Of a stretch of DNA of 64,000 nt, positions 26,286 to 41,775 are shown piece by piece. The stretch is taken from positions 250,108,001-250,172,000 of the forward strand of contig OZ024742.1 in the NCBI GenBank assembly GCA_964016885.1, in the 5' to 3' direction. A program made the position numbers and the translations under genes. The notes beneath the pieces are model-generated. The model did no database searches. It worked only from the letters and a program-made list of their open reading frames with translations, and was not told where the DNA came from. This stretch comes from Eledone cirrhosa. Taxonomy: Eukaryota. Within the stretch, counting starts at the first letter, position 1. Each line of letters begins with the position of its first letter.

Positions 26286-26745
26286 TATCCCTGCTACTGT
26301 GATAGCTGCAACATAATCAGAGCTTTTAAAATATTAAAAGCCAGACTATCGTATGTTTATTGCGCATAAACATATCGTATGTGCTTTCATAAATCCCCCT
26401 ATGATTAACAATGCTATGTTAGTGCCACTTGTTTCTATATATGTATATATTGCACTGTAAGCCCTCGTGAAGTCGTTGGTGTATCGTAGTGGAATACGGA
26501 CATTCTTGGGCATTTTTAGCCAGGTGTTCTCCAGGTCTGAACACAGCATATTTATTCCAGAAAAGGATAGAAAATTAGAGAGGAAATGAGAAAGAAATAT
26601 AGAGTAAGAATCGACCCCAGTACTAGACTGGAAACAAATATATATAATATTCTATATAATAAATATGTTTATTTGCTAATAATGTATTGGTTATCTTAAT
26701 TAACTGTAGTTATTTCCTGATTCCGTTTGGTATGGCATCATTAAT

Positions 26746-26885
<140 letters not shown>

Positions 26886-26920
26886 ATATACACGGATGTG
26901 TATGATTGTGTATAGAAGGT

Positions 26921-29727
26921 TATATTAATAAAAGGAATTCCAACTTTGTCTGATTTACTCGTTTTATTTACAATCTTTAAAATTTATAATGGTATTATAA
27001 TGAAATAGTATGATAGAATATTAAATGTTAAGTGTTAATTGAACAAGTACTTTCATGCTTTCGCAATCTTCAGGTTCATAATGTGTGGTGACAGTCAAGT
27101 TTGCAATTTTCAACTCTAATGAGATCTGTAAATTGTGTACCTTATATACAATGAAAAGTGGCTCCAGAATGCTAAATCTTGCAAACTGTATTTCGACCAA
27201 TCGGTGTGTAGTTTCCCTGAATAACTAAAGCTGATTGGTTTAGGCGTCACGGTTGGTTGAGCATGTCTAACGACCACTAATTGATCCTATCCAAAGCATC
27301 AATTGTTTTGCTATTTTTAGAAATGATGAAAATAGCATTTTCTAGTAATCATCACTATCAACATCACTTTTATTATTATTATTATTTCTGTTGTTGTTGT
27401 TAGTGGTCGTAGTCGACATGGTCGTAGTCATAGTTATTATTATTATTATTGTTCATTTAGCTTGGGTTTGAATTTATCAATAAAATTCTTTTCTTTGATT
27501 TTTCTCTTGAATGGGAATATTATAAATATTCCCTGACCACATGTTGCTAGATGGTTACTTAGGTGTATCTGACGGACATTTGGGTCTCTGATTTTCTGTC
27601 GGTGTACCCGTGCACGTTCCGATAGTGCATTTCCAGTTTGACCGACATATAGTTCTTCACAATTCGGGCATTTAATGCAGTAAATTAGATTTCTGCTTTT
27701 ATAGTTCAAATTTGCATTTGGGGATATTTTTCCAGTTTTTGTTTTCATATATTGACCGGCGTGTATGGATTAACATGTGCCGCATCGACTATCATTGCAT
27801 TTAGATACAGTGAATGATTGGTCTTTGTTGTTAAGGTCAAACTTTGCTTTTGTTAGTAATTGCTTCAAATTTTTCGGCTGTCTTTTTACTAAGAGTCAAA
27901 TATCGATCTGTGATTAAGCCTTTTAATTCATTACTTTGAGCAATGATCGGTAGGTTTGCTTTGGCAGTGTTGAAGATATTCTGGTGACATGGGTTGTGTG
28001 TCATTATAAATGGTATGACCAGTTCTTGGCTTCTTCTTCCTTGGGTTGTCCTAAGTTGTTGTAGAGGTATTTTTATAGCCCGCTGTATGCCATTTTCTAT
28101 AAGTAGAGATGGGTATTTTTGTTTGAGCAAAAATTCTCTTAGTTCTGTTAGGCGTTTGTACCTGGTATTCGTATCTTCTACAATGGTACAAATTCTTCTG
28201 GCTAGGCAGTATGGGATGTTGCGTTTTGTATGAGGTTGATGGCACGACTTAAAATCCAGATATTGATGGGTGTCTGTGTGTTTATAATATATATCCGTGG
28301 TAATGGTGGTGTCATTTTTGATTATCATTATATCTAGGAATTGTAATTTGGTCCTACTCATCTCTTTTGTGAATTGGAGAGATGGGTGTAGGTTATTCAG
28401 GAGGATATTGAACTCATCCAGAGTATCTAGAAATTCTGTCCAGATGATGAAACAGTCGTCAAGGTATCTCTTCCAATATATTTCAATGTACTTTCTAAAG
28501 TCAGTACTATATTTTTCCTCTATTTCTTAGTAGAGTTGTTGTTCTAAGTATCCCATTACAGAATTCGCGTAAACGGGAGCAAACTTCGTTCCCATCGCTG
28601 TGCCTATAATTTGAATGTAATTCTTTCCATTGAAAAAGAAAGTGTTGTTTTCCAGAATAAGTTTAACTGCGTCTAATATAAATGGCGCTGTGAATCTGAT
28701 GGGAATCACTTCCCTATGTTTTTCCACCCAGTATTTAACCGCCTTTATTCCTAAATCATGTGTAATGTTGGTGTAAAGGCTTACCACATCAAAACTAAGT
28801 AGAAGTGAATTCGTTTCCGTGGTTTGGGAAGATGGGACAGGAAGTCGATGTCATCCCGGATGAAACTGGTATGTGAATACATACTGGTTTCAAAATAATG
28901 TCAACAAAATTGCTTAGACGGTGGGTGGGGCATGTTGGACCAGCTATAATATGTCTAAGTTTTAAGTCTTTTGGGTGTAGTAATTTAATGTACTCACTGT
29001 TTTGTTCTCTTACTGCCAGTTGTATTTCTTTTGACTTATGAACTTTCGGTAGGCCGTACAGATTGCTGGGTTTGGGCTCAAAATTGGTGATATAGTCTCT
29101 TTCCTTATCAGTAAGTGAGTTGTGGTATTTTGAAGCCAGGTTGTTGATCTTCTTCATGAGGTTGTGGTCTATATTTGACGGTATTTCATGATAGAATGTT
29201 GTGTCTTTCAGTTGTTCTTCAACCAAATCCTTGTAGTATTCAGCATCCATTATAACAATTGCACCCCCTTTATCTGCTTGTTTAATTATTATTGTTTTAT
29301 CATTTTGTATACGTTTAAGTGCAGACATTTCTGATTTGTTAATGTTTGACCTAACATTAGTATTACGTCTAAGAGGAAATTTAGACAGGATGTCAATGTA
29401 TTGGTCGAGATAGATATTACTTCCTTTTGGCGGAGTGAAATTTGATTTATTCTTTACTAGTGATTCATCACTCTCATTACTTTTATCAGCGAAGAATTCT
29501 ACAAGACGTAATTTTCGACAGAATTCTTGGGTATCCTCCTTCAGTTCTTGGTGGTTGACTGTTGGAGTCGGTGTGAATTTCAGTGCTTTTGACAGAATTT
29601 GCATTTCATCATTGTCAAGATCTCTTTTGGATAAATTAATTATTTTAGGATCTACGTGTACAGTTGTTTTGGGTATGTTTCCTCCTGGAGTTTTTCTTTT
29701 TCCGGTTTTTTGTTGTCCTGACGTTAA
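26921..29727 (-). mobile_element. PLE (Neptune-like), 5'-truncated and frameshifted RT plus GIY-YIG
   Basis: KQADKGGAIVIMD, LYGLPKVHK, SLYTNI, GTAMGTKFAP, RYLDD (28455-28469), FLDI, NLIYCIKC..LYVGQT; HHR at 27040-27078. Confidence 0.92.
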
Positions 29728-31031
29728 TAGCCAGAAGAATTTGTACCATTGTAGAAGATACGAATACCAGGTACAAACGCCTAACAGAACTAAGAGAATT
29801 TTTGCTCAAACAAAAATACCCATCTCTATTTATCGAAAATGGCATACAGCGGGCTATAAAAATACCTCTACAACAACTTAGGACAACCCAAGGAAGAAGA
29901 AACCAAGAACTGGTCATACCATTTATAATGACACACAACCCATGTCACCAGAATATCTTCAACACTGCCAAAGCAAATCTACCGATCATTGCTCAAAGTA
30001 ATGAATTAAAAGGCTTAATCACAGATCGATATTTGACTCTTAGTAAAAAGACAGCCGAAAAATTTGAAGCAATTACTAACAAAAGCAAAGTTTGACCTTA
30101 ACAACAAAGACCAATCATTCACTGTATCTAAATGCAATGATAGTCGATGCGGCACATGTCAATCCATACACGCCGGTCAATATATGAAAACAAAAACTGG
30201 AAAAATATCCCCAAATGCAAATTTGAACTGCAAAAGCAGAAATCTAATTTACTGCATTAAATGCCCGAATTGTGAAGAACTATATGTCGGTCAAACTGGA
30301 AATGCACTATCGGAACGTGCACGGGTACACCGACAGAAAATCAGAGACCCAAATGTCCGTCAGATACCCCTAAGTAACCATCTACCAACATGTGGTCAGG
30401 GAATATTTATAATATTTCCATTCTACAAATTACCCAGCCCAAGTGAAATCAAGAGAAAAATCAAAGAAAAGAATGTTATTGATAAATTCAAACCCAAGCT
30501 AAATGAACAATAATAATAATAATAACTATGACTACGACCATGTCGACTACGACCACTAACAACAACAACAGCAATAATAATAATAATAAAAGTGATGTTG
30601 ATAGTGATGATTACTAGAAAATGCTATTTTCATCATTTCTAAAAATAGCAAAACAATTGATGCTTTGGACAGGATCAATTAGTGGTCGTTAGACATGCTC
30701 AACCAACCGTGACGCCTAAACCAATCAGCTTTAGTAATTCAGTGAAACTACACACCAATTGGTCGAAATACAGTTTGCAAGATTTAGCATTCTGGAGCCA
30801 CTTTTCACTGCATATAAGGTACGCAATTTACAGATCTCATTAGAGTTGAAAATTGCAAACTTGACTGTCACCACACGTTATGAACCTGAAGATTGCGAAA
30901 GCATGAAAGTACTTGTTCAATTAACACTTAACATTTAATATTCTATCATACTATTTCATTATAATACCATTATAAATTTTAAAGGATTTTAAATAAAACA
31001 AGTAAATCAGACAAAGTTAGAATTCCTTTTA

Positions 31032-31037
<6 letters not shown>
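29728..31037 (+). mobile_element. Inverted 1.3-kb 3' copy of the same PLE (thumb, GIY-YIG, pLTR)
   Basis: ORF 30064-30513 CNDSRCGTC..NLIYCIKCPNC..YVGQT; reverse complement of 26921-28204 with substitutions and an indel. Confidence 0.92.
30881..30919 (+). ncRNA. Minimal HHR in PLE pLTR
   Basis: TGAAC-CTGAAGA-tTGC gaaa GCAt-GAAA-GTAC-TT-GTTCA. Confidence 0.85.
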
Positions 31038-31092
<55 letters not shown>

Positions 31093-31160
31093 AAAAAGAG
31101 ATGAAATCGAAAATGCAACTGAAGTCTTATTTTTTTTTAAATATATATATTTATTTGGTT

Positions 31161-31311
31161 CCTTTACCGGTTTCGCAGTTCTTCTGCTTTTCAAAAGGTG
31201 AGTTGAGATGGAGGGTCTGTGGTTTTTCTCACATCTGATATGAGAAAAACCACAGACCCTCCATCTCAACTCACCTTTTGAAAAGCAGAAGAACTGCGAA
31301 ACCGGTAAAGG
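31161..31311. repeat. 150-bp near-perfect palindrome with a U3:A8-variant HHR in each arm
   Basis: CCTT-TTGAAAA-GCAG aagaa CTGC-GAAA-CCGG-TA-AAGG at 31274-31311 (+) and 31161-31198 (-). Confidence 0.8.
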
Positions 31312-31350
31312 ACACCTCGGTTATTTTTCATTTTGTAAAAAAAACCTCAC

Positions 31351-31417
<67 letters not shown>

Positions 31418-31444
31418 TGGTTACACAACAGTTAGTTCACCATA

Positions 31445-31484
31445 CCGAGAACAATTGTTTCACCTTAGCGGATCTTCAGCTCGG
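31445..31484 (-). ncRNA. Minimal HHR in the 3' pLTR of the adjacent PLE
   Basis: Minus: CCGAG-CTGAAGA-tCC gctaa GGt-GAAA-CAATTG-TT-CTCGG. Confidence 0.85.
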
Positions 31485-31651
31485 GATGGGCATGGTTATA
31501 AGAACAGGAAGGACAACCGTACGAACGCGCATGCGCAGAAACCCGGTCACTTCACACAGGCAATACTAGACTGCGTGCTAGAGGTGTAAGGGAGATAACT
31601 GCGAAAGTCCTAACATTTTTTAAGTTGAAAACAAAATAAAATTACAAAGAG

Positions 31652-33010
31652 TCAGTCCGGAGCCTTGTAGTTATGTAACAGGTGTTTGGCGACGTGTGGA
31701 CAACGTGTGAAAAATTCACTTCTCGTATTTAAGCAATCACTATTGCGTAATCTCTTTAGAATAGTTATTCGTTCGTCAATACATAAGCCACACGTCGGAT
31801 TTCCCCTTGCGTATGGTTTGGACTTAGTGATGGCTTTCCATTGGATGGAGTAGTCTGTACTTGAGTCCTTGAGGGACCACACGTGGCTCGCGAATTTCGT
31901 GGATGAACGTCTGTCCGGGTATCTGAAGGTAGACTGGTGGTTCAGGAAACGTTCCTTGAATCGGCCCTCTGCCATGCACACATAGGATTTGATCTCCTGT
32001 GGTTCATTTGGTCGGTTGGAAGTGACCACAGCTTCATAGATTACAGCTGGTGTGTTGCATTGCTGTTGAAGGGGGCAAGGTTCAGGCTTACGGCAAGAGC
32101 ACCCTGGTGGGGTGCTGCTCCTAGGGCTGCTAGCGATGTGGGCCTTCATGTCCTTAGCGCAGGAGTATCCTAGTTTAACTTTGTGTCGGTTAAAGATGGA
32201 GCAGTATTTATGACCTATGGGGAAGTGTCTATCTAAGAGGGCTAGAAATGTTTTTTCTACATTGTTTTTAACGTTGAGTGAGAAGGGAGGAGAGAACCAG
32301 ATAGTTTCTCTATTGTTGCGCTTACTTTTCTTAATGGTGTTGTTGCTAGTGGGAGAGTAAGTGATGGGTTGTGAGAAGCCGCTGTTAGTCAACGCCGTGT
32401 TATAGTAGGGTGCCGCCCTGTCAAAGATAGCCTTATTAGAGGAGAGGTTTAAGATTTTAGTACTGATATTCTTAACGAAGTTTCTAAAAACAGTGGGAGG
32501 GTGGCATGACTCCTTGTGGATGTAATTAAGTTTCTCATTTAGCTTGTGGAAGGGTCTGTGGGTGTGTGTGCGAAGGTCTAAATTAATGTTTAAGAAATCT
32601 ACGCTAGAGAGGTTGGTAGCTACTGTTATCCTAAGGCCTAACTCATTGAAGGTAGAAGCTAAGTCTTTTTTAAACCGGTCGAGGTCGTGACCACTTTTAT
32701 GGCTCGATAAAGTCAGTCCATCGTCACGGTATATTCCCGTGTGGAAGTCCGGGAATCTAACACGTAATATGACTAAGATAAAAAGGCCAGCCAAGTCACA
32801 TACGTCAGCACTGTCAAACGATCCCATGGAGACGTCGAACTGGTCTGAAGATGTAGACTTCTTTGCCCAGGCTACTCCGTCGTTGAAGAGGAGGGTTTTC
32901 CGGCAGTGAGCGATGATTTCCCTGTCTAAACCATCGACGGTGGTATAAGTGGTAGCGAAGTCCAACGCTTTATTTAACAGGGTCTCTGAGATCGACGGGT
33001 AAAAATAGAC
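31652..33010 (-). mobile_element. 5'-truncated PLE (possibly Nematis-like): RT C-terminal half, Cys linker, GIY-YIG; open for 437 aa
   Basis: FDVSMGSFD, GIYRDDGL, VDFLNI, CSCRKPEPCPL, VIYEA..SYV..FKERFLNH, CGLCIDE. Confidence 0.9.
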
Positions 33011-34004
33011 AATGAGAAATAAGATTGATTGAAAGGACGAGTGGGTTGGAATAGGAGAAAATGTCTTTAGATAAAAATAACAGGTCTATTCATGTTGTCA
33101 TTTCTTGGAAAATTGTTGATGCTAGTGTTTTGTGTATGATTTATTTTTGTAGAGGAGTAGATGATGGAGCGAGTCTACCTTAAATGGAAAAAAAGTTTTG
33201 TAAAAAGAGCTATACTTGTGCGCGTGCGTGTGTGTGTGTGTGTTATTATACGTCCGTTTATATTCATACATATATATATATATGTATATTTCCCGATTTG
33301 TCTAACTAAATATGAACGTGCTTTCCTCCCGTAATTTTGTCCATTTCTTCCTTTTCCTACACACGATTATATTTCCATTTTTCTATCTCTGATTCTGATG
33401 AAGGATTAACGTCCGGAGACTTAAGACTCTTTTCCTCGTTGTCTTCTCGCATTTTTATAGTAACCAATTTTTCACTAAATTGTTAATTTGTGTTTGAGAT
33501 ACGTTGGTTGAGTGCTTATAGCGGGAGCGGAACTATTTGAATTTTGTCTCCTGCCATCACGTAAATTTCTGAATCGGTAGCCAATCGGGGGACGGCATTG
33601 TGATGACGCGAAGAGATTTCAGTTGCTAACGTTTTACTGTGTTGGCCGTCACATACAGTCATAGCCGACACGGACTGGAATCGAATTCTGTCGATCGATT
33701 GGTTATTGATTAGGCGAAACCCGCTGAAGAAGTCACATGCGCCGACTGTGCATTGTTGCATAATATATGCAGACAGGGAGTGCTGTGCACTCTATTGCTG
33801 ATTAAGTGTGGCCGAACCTCGAGTATGGAAATAATTGAAGGTACCCATTTACGTGCGTTGTATTGAAGCGAATAACTATGTGTCTACTCTGGGAATTTAT
33901 TTAACATTACCTATTGAGTACTTTGAGATGCAACTGGTCCTAGCAGTGACAGCCATACTAGTCCCGCCAACTTATATATGTATATATATATATATATATA
34001 TATA

Positions 34005-35307
34005 CAAGGGGGGGGGGGGGGGGCATAAAAACTGTTACAAAATAAAATGCAAATAGTTCTTGAAAAAAACATTTATTTCAAGATCTGACTTCAACAAATA
34101 GTAAGTAATATACTATTAAACAACTGCACAAAAATGTATTCGAAATGCTTTCCTCTAGCTCTCACTACTGCTCGAAGTCTTCTAGGAATGTCTTCGATGG
34201 CTGCACGAACAGTTTCCATGGGTATTTTCTTCCATACTTTATTCAGTTTTGATTTTAGAGTTTCAATATTTTGGATAGGAGTAGAGCAGGCTTCAAGAAT
34301 TGACCATAAAGAAAAATCGAGAGAGTTGAGATCTGGTGATGTGGGAGGCCACTCTTCCTTACTGATCCATGCAGGACAATGGTCTCTACACCACTGTTGT
34401 GTTACGCGAGCAGTGTGGCTCGTCGCTCCATTTTGTTGGAGAGTCCAAATGTCATCGCCATAAACATATGTGCACCCTTGCATCAGTGCTCCTTCCAAAA
34501 TATCCTTTATGTAAAGTTCTTTGTTAATTTTAACTCCTTGAGGCACAAACATCAGAGGAGACTTCTCTCTTTCAGAATGGCTGCACAAAGCATCACTGAT
34601 GCTGGTTTCTGTGTTCTGTACACTTTTCCTACACTTGAAGGAATTGATTTGAGACTTTTTGCAAGTACTCGATCATTTTGATGATTTTGAGACTGCTGCA
34701 CAGGGAATAAATTCTCATCAGTAAAGATGATGTTTTGCAGCCTGCCATCCTTGATACGGTTCAATAACAGTTTACTTCTGGAGAGCCTCTTTTCAATTGT
34801 GACTGCAGAAAGAAGCTGCCTCTTTTGGAACTTATAGGGTGACATCCCCAGATCATCTCGACATATCCTCCGCATAGTTCTCGGCGATGCTTCTGCTACT
34901 TCTGCCATTTTTCTCATGGACCTTCTTGAATTACGCCTTATTTTTTCCCTCACACTTTTAACGAGTTTTTGTGTACTTGAGGTGCGAGGGCGTTCGGATT
35001 GAGGTCTGTCTTTGGTCGAGGAAGTTTCCTTAAATCGATCGATTGTCCTTTTGATCAACATTCTATTGATCTTACGAATTTTCCCCAGTTTAAATATCTT
35101 GGGTGGAGTCAGGCCTTTTTCATGCTTCTCTATTATGAACTTTCATTTCAATTCTATGGACATTGCAAATTGTTAATGGAGTAATGTCCTGAAAGATAGT
35201 TAATATGTTTATAGTGCATGGATTTGATACAAATATATTAGTCATGTTAGCAACATAATGTATTTTTAAATTGATTTAAAACTTTCTAACAGGAAGTATG
35301 TCCCACC

Positions 35308-35310
<3 letters not shown>
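34005..35310 (-). mobile_element. Tc1/mariner DD37D (maT-like) transposon, decayed
   Basis: IIFTDE, QQ(N)GATSH-37 aa-D in WPPTSPDLNSLDF; degenerate TIRs CAGGGTGGGACATA..CTGTTA flanked by TA; frameshift and stop codon. Confidence 0.88.
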
Positions 35311-35345
<35 letters not shown>

Positions 35346-36130
35346 ATCGCTTACTTCTGCTGCATTCTTAGCACAGAACAGAGGGTGCGGCCAATTTGAG
35401 AGACACAGAAAGACAGAGCCATTCTCTTTCTCATTCTTTGGCTTTCCCCCTCCATCCTCTCTGTCTCTCTCTCTGTCTTTCTCACTGTGTGCGTGTATTT
35501 ATGTGTGTGTGGTGTGTGGAATTGAAGGATACAAATAGAGAGAGAATGAAATGTATGGCATCAGAATACTGTAGAAAATCGTGTCAAACAGATTTTATAC
35601 ATGCAAAAGATTGTTAAAAAAAGTCAAACAGAAAGAGGTGGGGAGAGGGAGTGAGAGAGAGGGGTGGAGAGAGCGAGAGAGAAAGAGAGAGAAAGAAAGA
35701 GAGATGTGGGGGGAGAGAGACAGAAAGACAGAGCGGGGAGAGGAGAGGAGATGAGATCGTAAAATATATAATGTCACTCATTACATAAAGTAGGTTGTAA
35801 AAACGTGAGATATCTCGGGATTCACTGGTTGGGTAATTAAGGCAAACACTTGAACAGGAAACACAATGCTTCAGAAAAAGTATTATCTCTAGATTCATCA
35901 AGCAGCAAATGCAGAGAGGTGTAAAATGTGTGTGTTGCATTGTTATTTTTTATGTTTTCTGTTTAAGTTTTAGTCGTAAGGTTGTTCTCCTCATCTGTAA
36001 ATAACCAATAAGGAAGCAATAAAACTAAAAAAGATTTTGACGCCCCACATTGAAAGATAATACTGGTGCAACTACTGTTAAAAAATAAAACTAATGTGTA
36101 TTAGTTTGATATCTTTATAGCTGGTCCTAG

Positions 36131-36131
<1 letters not shown>

Positions 36132-36203
<72 letters not shown>
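36132..36203. repeat. (ACT)n microsatellite
   Basis: Seen directly. Confidence 0.95.
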
Positions 36204-36945
36204 TATAGATAGAGAGCTCTTAATAATATGTTCAGTTTCAACGAGCGTTTGTTCGAAAGATACTCTAATGTTATCTTAAATGCTTAAATGCAAGAAATGG
36301 CACGCATCATAGAGTATGAGGGGCGGATTAAGAGAGGATTAAGCTCTAGAAACGAAAATTGCATGGTCTGATTCACTTAGAGAGGCTATAATATCATTTG
36401 TAAAAGACATAACTATGAAAACTCTGAAGTAGGAAGGGATCGCCACGTGTAGATGTATAATTATGAGCATAAAATCCTGGAGAGGTGTCTTAACTTTTAT
36501 ATTTTTATATTCTTTGATTTTACTGTTATCAGGCATTTGACTGTGGCCATGTTGGGAAATCACTTTGAAGGGATAGTAGTTGGTAATATTGATCCCAGCA
36601 CACATTTTGTGGGTCTCTTTTTCTTGAACATCAACCTAATGGGACATAAGCAAACAGTAAATGTGAAGTTACACACATGAAGATATTTTTGCAAAAGATA
36701 CAGAAGATTCGTTTCTCAAGCATGTCTTTGTGATTAAAAGGTTTGCTTGCAGTTAATTAATTCGGTTTCTTCTATAAATCACGTCCCACTTAGGGCTATT
36801 GTCACATAAAATATGATGACCAATGGCTTGTGGGTAATATTTTATAGACAGTAGCTCTGAAAATGTATAACTTATTCCACTATACATCATGATACAAGTT
36901 GCTCTTTTCACTTAATTGCATACACATCGATCCATTTAGCCATTT

Positions 36946-37053
<108 letters not shown>

Positions 37054-37060
37054 CATATAT

Positions 37061-37490
37061 ATATATTGTTATACTTTGGGAGGGTCATGTTGCCAATAAA
37101 AACACGCACACCTTTTAGCTTTCACTTCAATTTATTATAAGTTTCCGGTTGGTTGGTGGGTTAGATAACCGGAAGGTTGTTTATATATTGCCTCCTCAGT
37201 GACTAGGTTTTCATTTAATGTGTCTCTCCTTTGTTCCGTCCAACACTATCTTGTTTTGTGTGTAGGACGAAAGGGTGTAGGACAGAACAAATGAGAGACA
37301 CACAAAATAAAAACCTAGTCACTGAGGAGGTCACAGAATGTGTGAGGAAAGAGCTTGACAATATATAAACAGCCTTCCGGTTATCGAACTACCCAGTCAA
37401 CCGGAAACTTATGATAAATGGAAGTGAAATGCAACAGATGTGCGTGTGTATTTATTGGCAACCTAACCCTCCCAAAGTATAACAATATAT
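37061..37490. mobile_element. Fold-back of a PLE pLTR (family of 49270-50090), HHR-like motif at 37318-37359
   Basis: Diverged inverted arms of about 190 bp; GTCA-CTGAGGA-gTCACA gaatg TGTGA-gGAAA-GAGC-T-TGAC. Confidence 0.7.
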
Positions 37491-37557
37491 GATTCAACAC
37501 ACGTTCTAATATAAGAAATCTCGCAAAACAAATTGAAAAGCGAATTATATATATATA

Positions 37558-37694
<137 letters not shown>

Positions 37695-37697
37695 TAG

Positions 37698-37762
<65 letters not shown>

Positions 37763-37763
37763 G

Positions 37764-37856
<93 letters not shown>

Positions 37857-37936
37857 AAAATAACTTAGCAAAGGACTCGCGTATAATCGTGTAATTAAAT
37901 GAGCTCAAAGGAAATAGTTATCCTGTGCACTTTAAA

Positions 37937-38608
37937 ATACAATATATAGAGTGGAAAGATACAGGAGAGTGTGTTTTTCAATACACGAATTTCGAACCAC
38001 CAGCGTGAGAAGAATATAAGCTACTAGAGGCATTGGTAAAACATTAAAATTAAAAGTATAAATTGAAATGAAAAACCATCCTCGGCTAAATCACACTTGT
38101 ACACACTCACCAGGAGCATGTTTCGCCATTTTAGTGGGTTCCAATACGGCCCGGTGGGTCATCAGCATGTGGAAGGCCAATATTGTCCGCACTACTAGAG
38201 AGAGAACTACTGTTGAGCACCTTAAATTGAATAGTATAGGCTGCCATCTCTAGCAGCTTGTTCTGTTCATGCCACCAGTTACTGCATTGAGCACGCATTC
38301 CTCTTATCTCTATACGTGCGAAGGGTAGTTTATTTTAGGTCTCTCTCTAGTAGTGCGGACAATATTGGCCTTCCACATGCTGATGACCCACCGGGCCGTA
38401 TTGGAACCCACTAAAATGGCGAAACATGCTCCTGGTGAATGTGTACAAGTGTGATTTAGCCGAGGATGGTTTTTCATTTCAATTTATACTTTTAATTTTA
38501 ATGTTTTACCAATGCCTCTAGTAGCTTATATTCTCATCACGCTGGTGGTTCGAAATTCCTGTAATGAAAAACACACTCTCCTGTATCTTTCCCCTCTATA
38601 TATTGTAT
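37937..38608. mobile_element. Fold-back element with arms of about 268 bp, each with an HHR-like motif
   Basis: 37937-38204 is the reverse complement of 38341-38608; CTGATGA at 38380 and GAAA-CATG at 38421. Confidence 0.75.
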
Positions 38609-38619
38609 ATATATATATA

Positions 38620-39994
<1,375 letters not shown>

Positions 39995-41741
39995 TGAAAC
40001 AGCAATCCTTGCTCCCCAAAACATCACAGTAAATTCCTTCAGCAAAATCTCTCACAAATGATCCCTGGAGGTATCCAGACGTATACATCTATCGACAATG
40101 TTGTCGACGAGGACGATGTTGTTCATTATCCCGTTGAATTTCTCAATAATCTGGAACTTGAATAGAAGAAATGAATGTTCACCATGCTTCTCAGAACCTT
40201 TGATCAGCCCGGATTGTGGAATGGGCCATGTATGCTTATGACTAAACTACAGACTCACATTATCGAAGCGAAAACCCTCACTGAATATGGCAAGGGAGGC
40301 ATCGTATTTATACCTATAATCACATTAATAGCAACAGATGTCTTTTTCCGTTTTAAATGATTGCAATTCCCAGTGAAAGTCAGTTACACAATGACCATTA
40401 ACAAGTCCCAAGGTCAAACCCTGCAGGTTGTCTGTCTCCATCTAGAAGACCGATGTTTTTCACATGGTCAAATGTAAGTAGGTTATTCCAGACTAGGAAG
40501 ACACCACATAATCTTCATATATGCTCCAAAGAAAAACTTTAAAACATTGTATATATTGAAGTTCTGTAAATACTTTTTAATTTTCGTAAAATACATGTTT
40601 CTATTATTTTCTTTCTTTATTATATATCACCTTCTTTTCCGAAAACAGAATGAGGTTGCGAGGGGTGAACCCTCCGATTTTCCCAGCCTCGGAGGTTTCT
40701 TCAGGGTGAATAGAGAAGCGGGAAATCAGGAAGACAATTGGAATTACAAATAAGCACCTCTCAGTCGTTTCAATTTATAGAAAACAATCCCTTTATGCTG
40801 GAGGATGCTTTAATCCTTCATCATTTTCTAATGTTATGGAAGGTGTTATAAGCTCAATTAATTTAAAGTTCCCCACTTTACAAATCCCTTATTCCAATGT
40901 GAATGCCATCACCAGCGATCACTTTTTTAGAATGTAAATGTTTTAGAATTTTCATAGAATACATTACTTTTAATTTCTTTATTATTTTCTGTATTAAGAT
41001 ATTATATATGTGACCATGTATGTATGTGAGTTAATATACGTGTGTGAGTTGATATACGCACGTGAATGGGTATCCTTTCGAAATGCTTGTGGCTGTGCCC
41101 TTTCAATATATTCTGAAATTGCATGCAATATAGGTGTATTCAACTATAACCGTAGCAAATTTTAATAGTAACTATGTCTCTCTTGCTGTTTTACTCATAT
41201 GGTTCCAATTAGCGACTTACACTAAATACATTGTACCTCCTATTTACTTTAGTGTAAGTATCTACACGAGCAGCTTTTAGTTAAAAAATTAAATTATAGA
41301 ATAATGTTTTAGTAAAACAATGTTAAATTGTATTGCAGTATATTTATTATATTATATTATATCATATTATATTAATGTTATATTGTATCATGTTATATTT
41401 TATCATATATTGTTATGTTATTATTATATAAAGATGTATCAGCGTATATGTATGCGAGTAAATGTTTGTATATATATATATATATATGTGTCTGCATACA
41501 TATATATATATATATATATATAAGCACACACACACAGACACACACATGCATACGCACCCGCACAAGTATAGCTCTTTATACAAAACGGTTTTTTTTTTCC
41601 ATTTCAGATAGACGCACTCCATCATCCACTTTTCTAAAAAAAATATATCATACAAAAGAATCCAGCATCAAATGTTTTCCAAGAGATGGCAACATGGACC
41701 TGTGATTTTTATCTAAAGCCATTTTATCCAATTCCACCCCG

Positions 41742-41775
41742 CTTCTGATGAAAGACTAGCGTCCGAAACGTCAAG
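41742..41775 (+). ncRNA. Minimal HHR-like motif (more decayed relative near 33395)
   Basis: CTT-CTGATGA-aaGAC tagc GTCc-GAAA-CG-TC-AAG. Confidence 0.55.
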
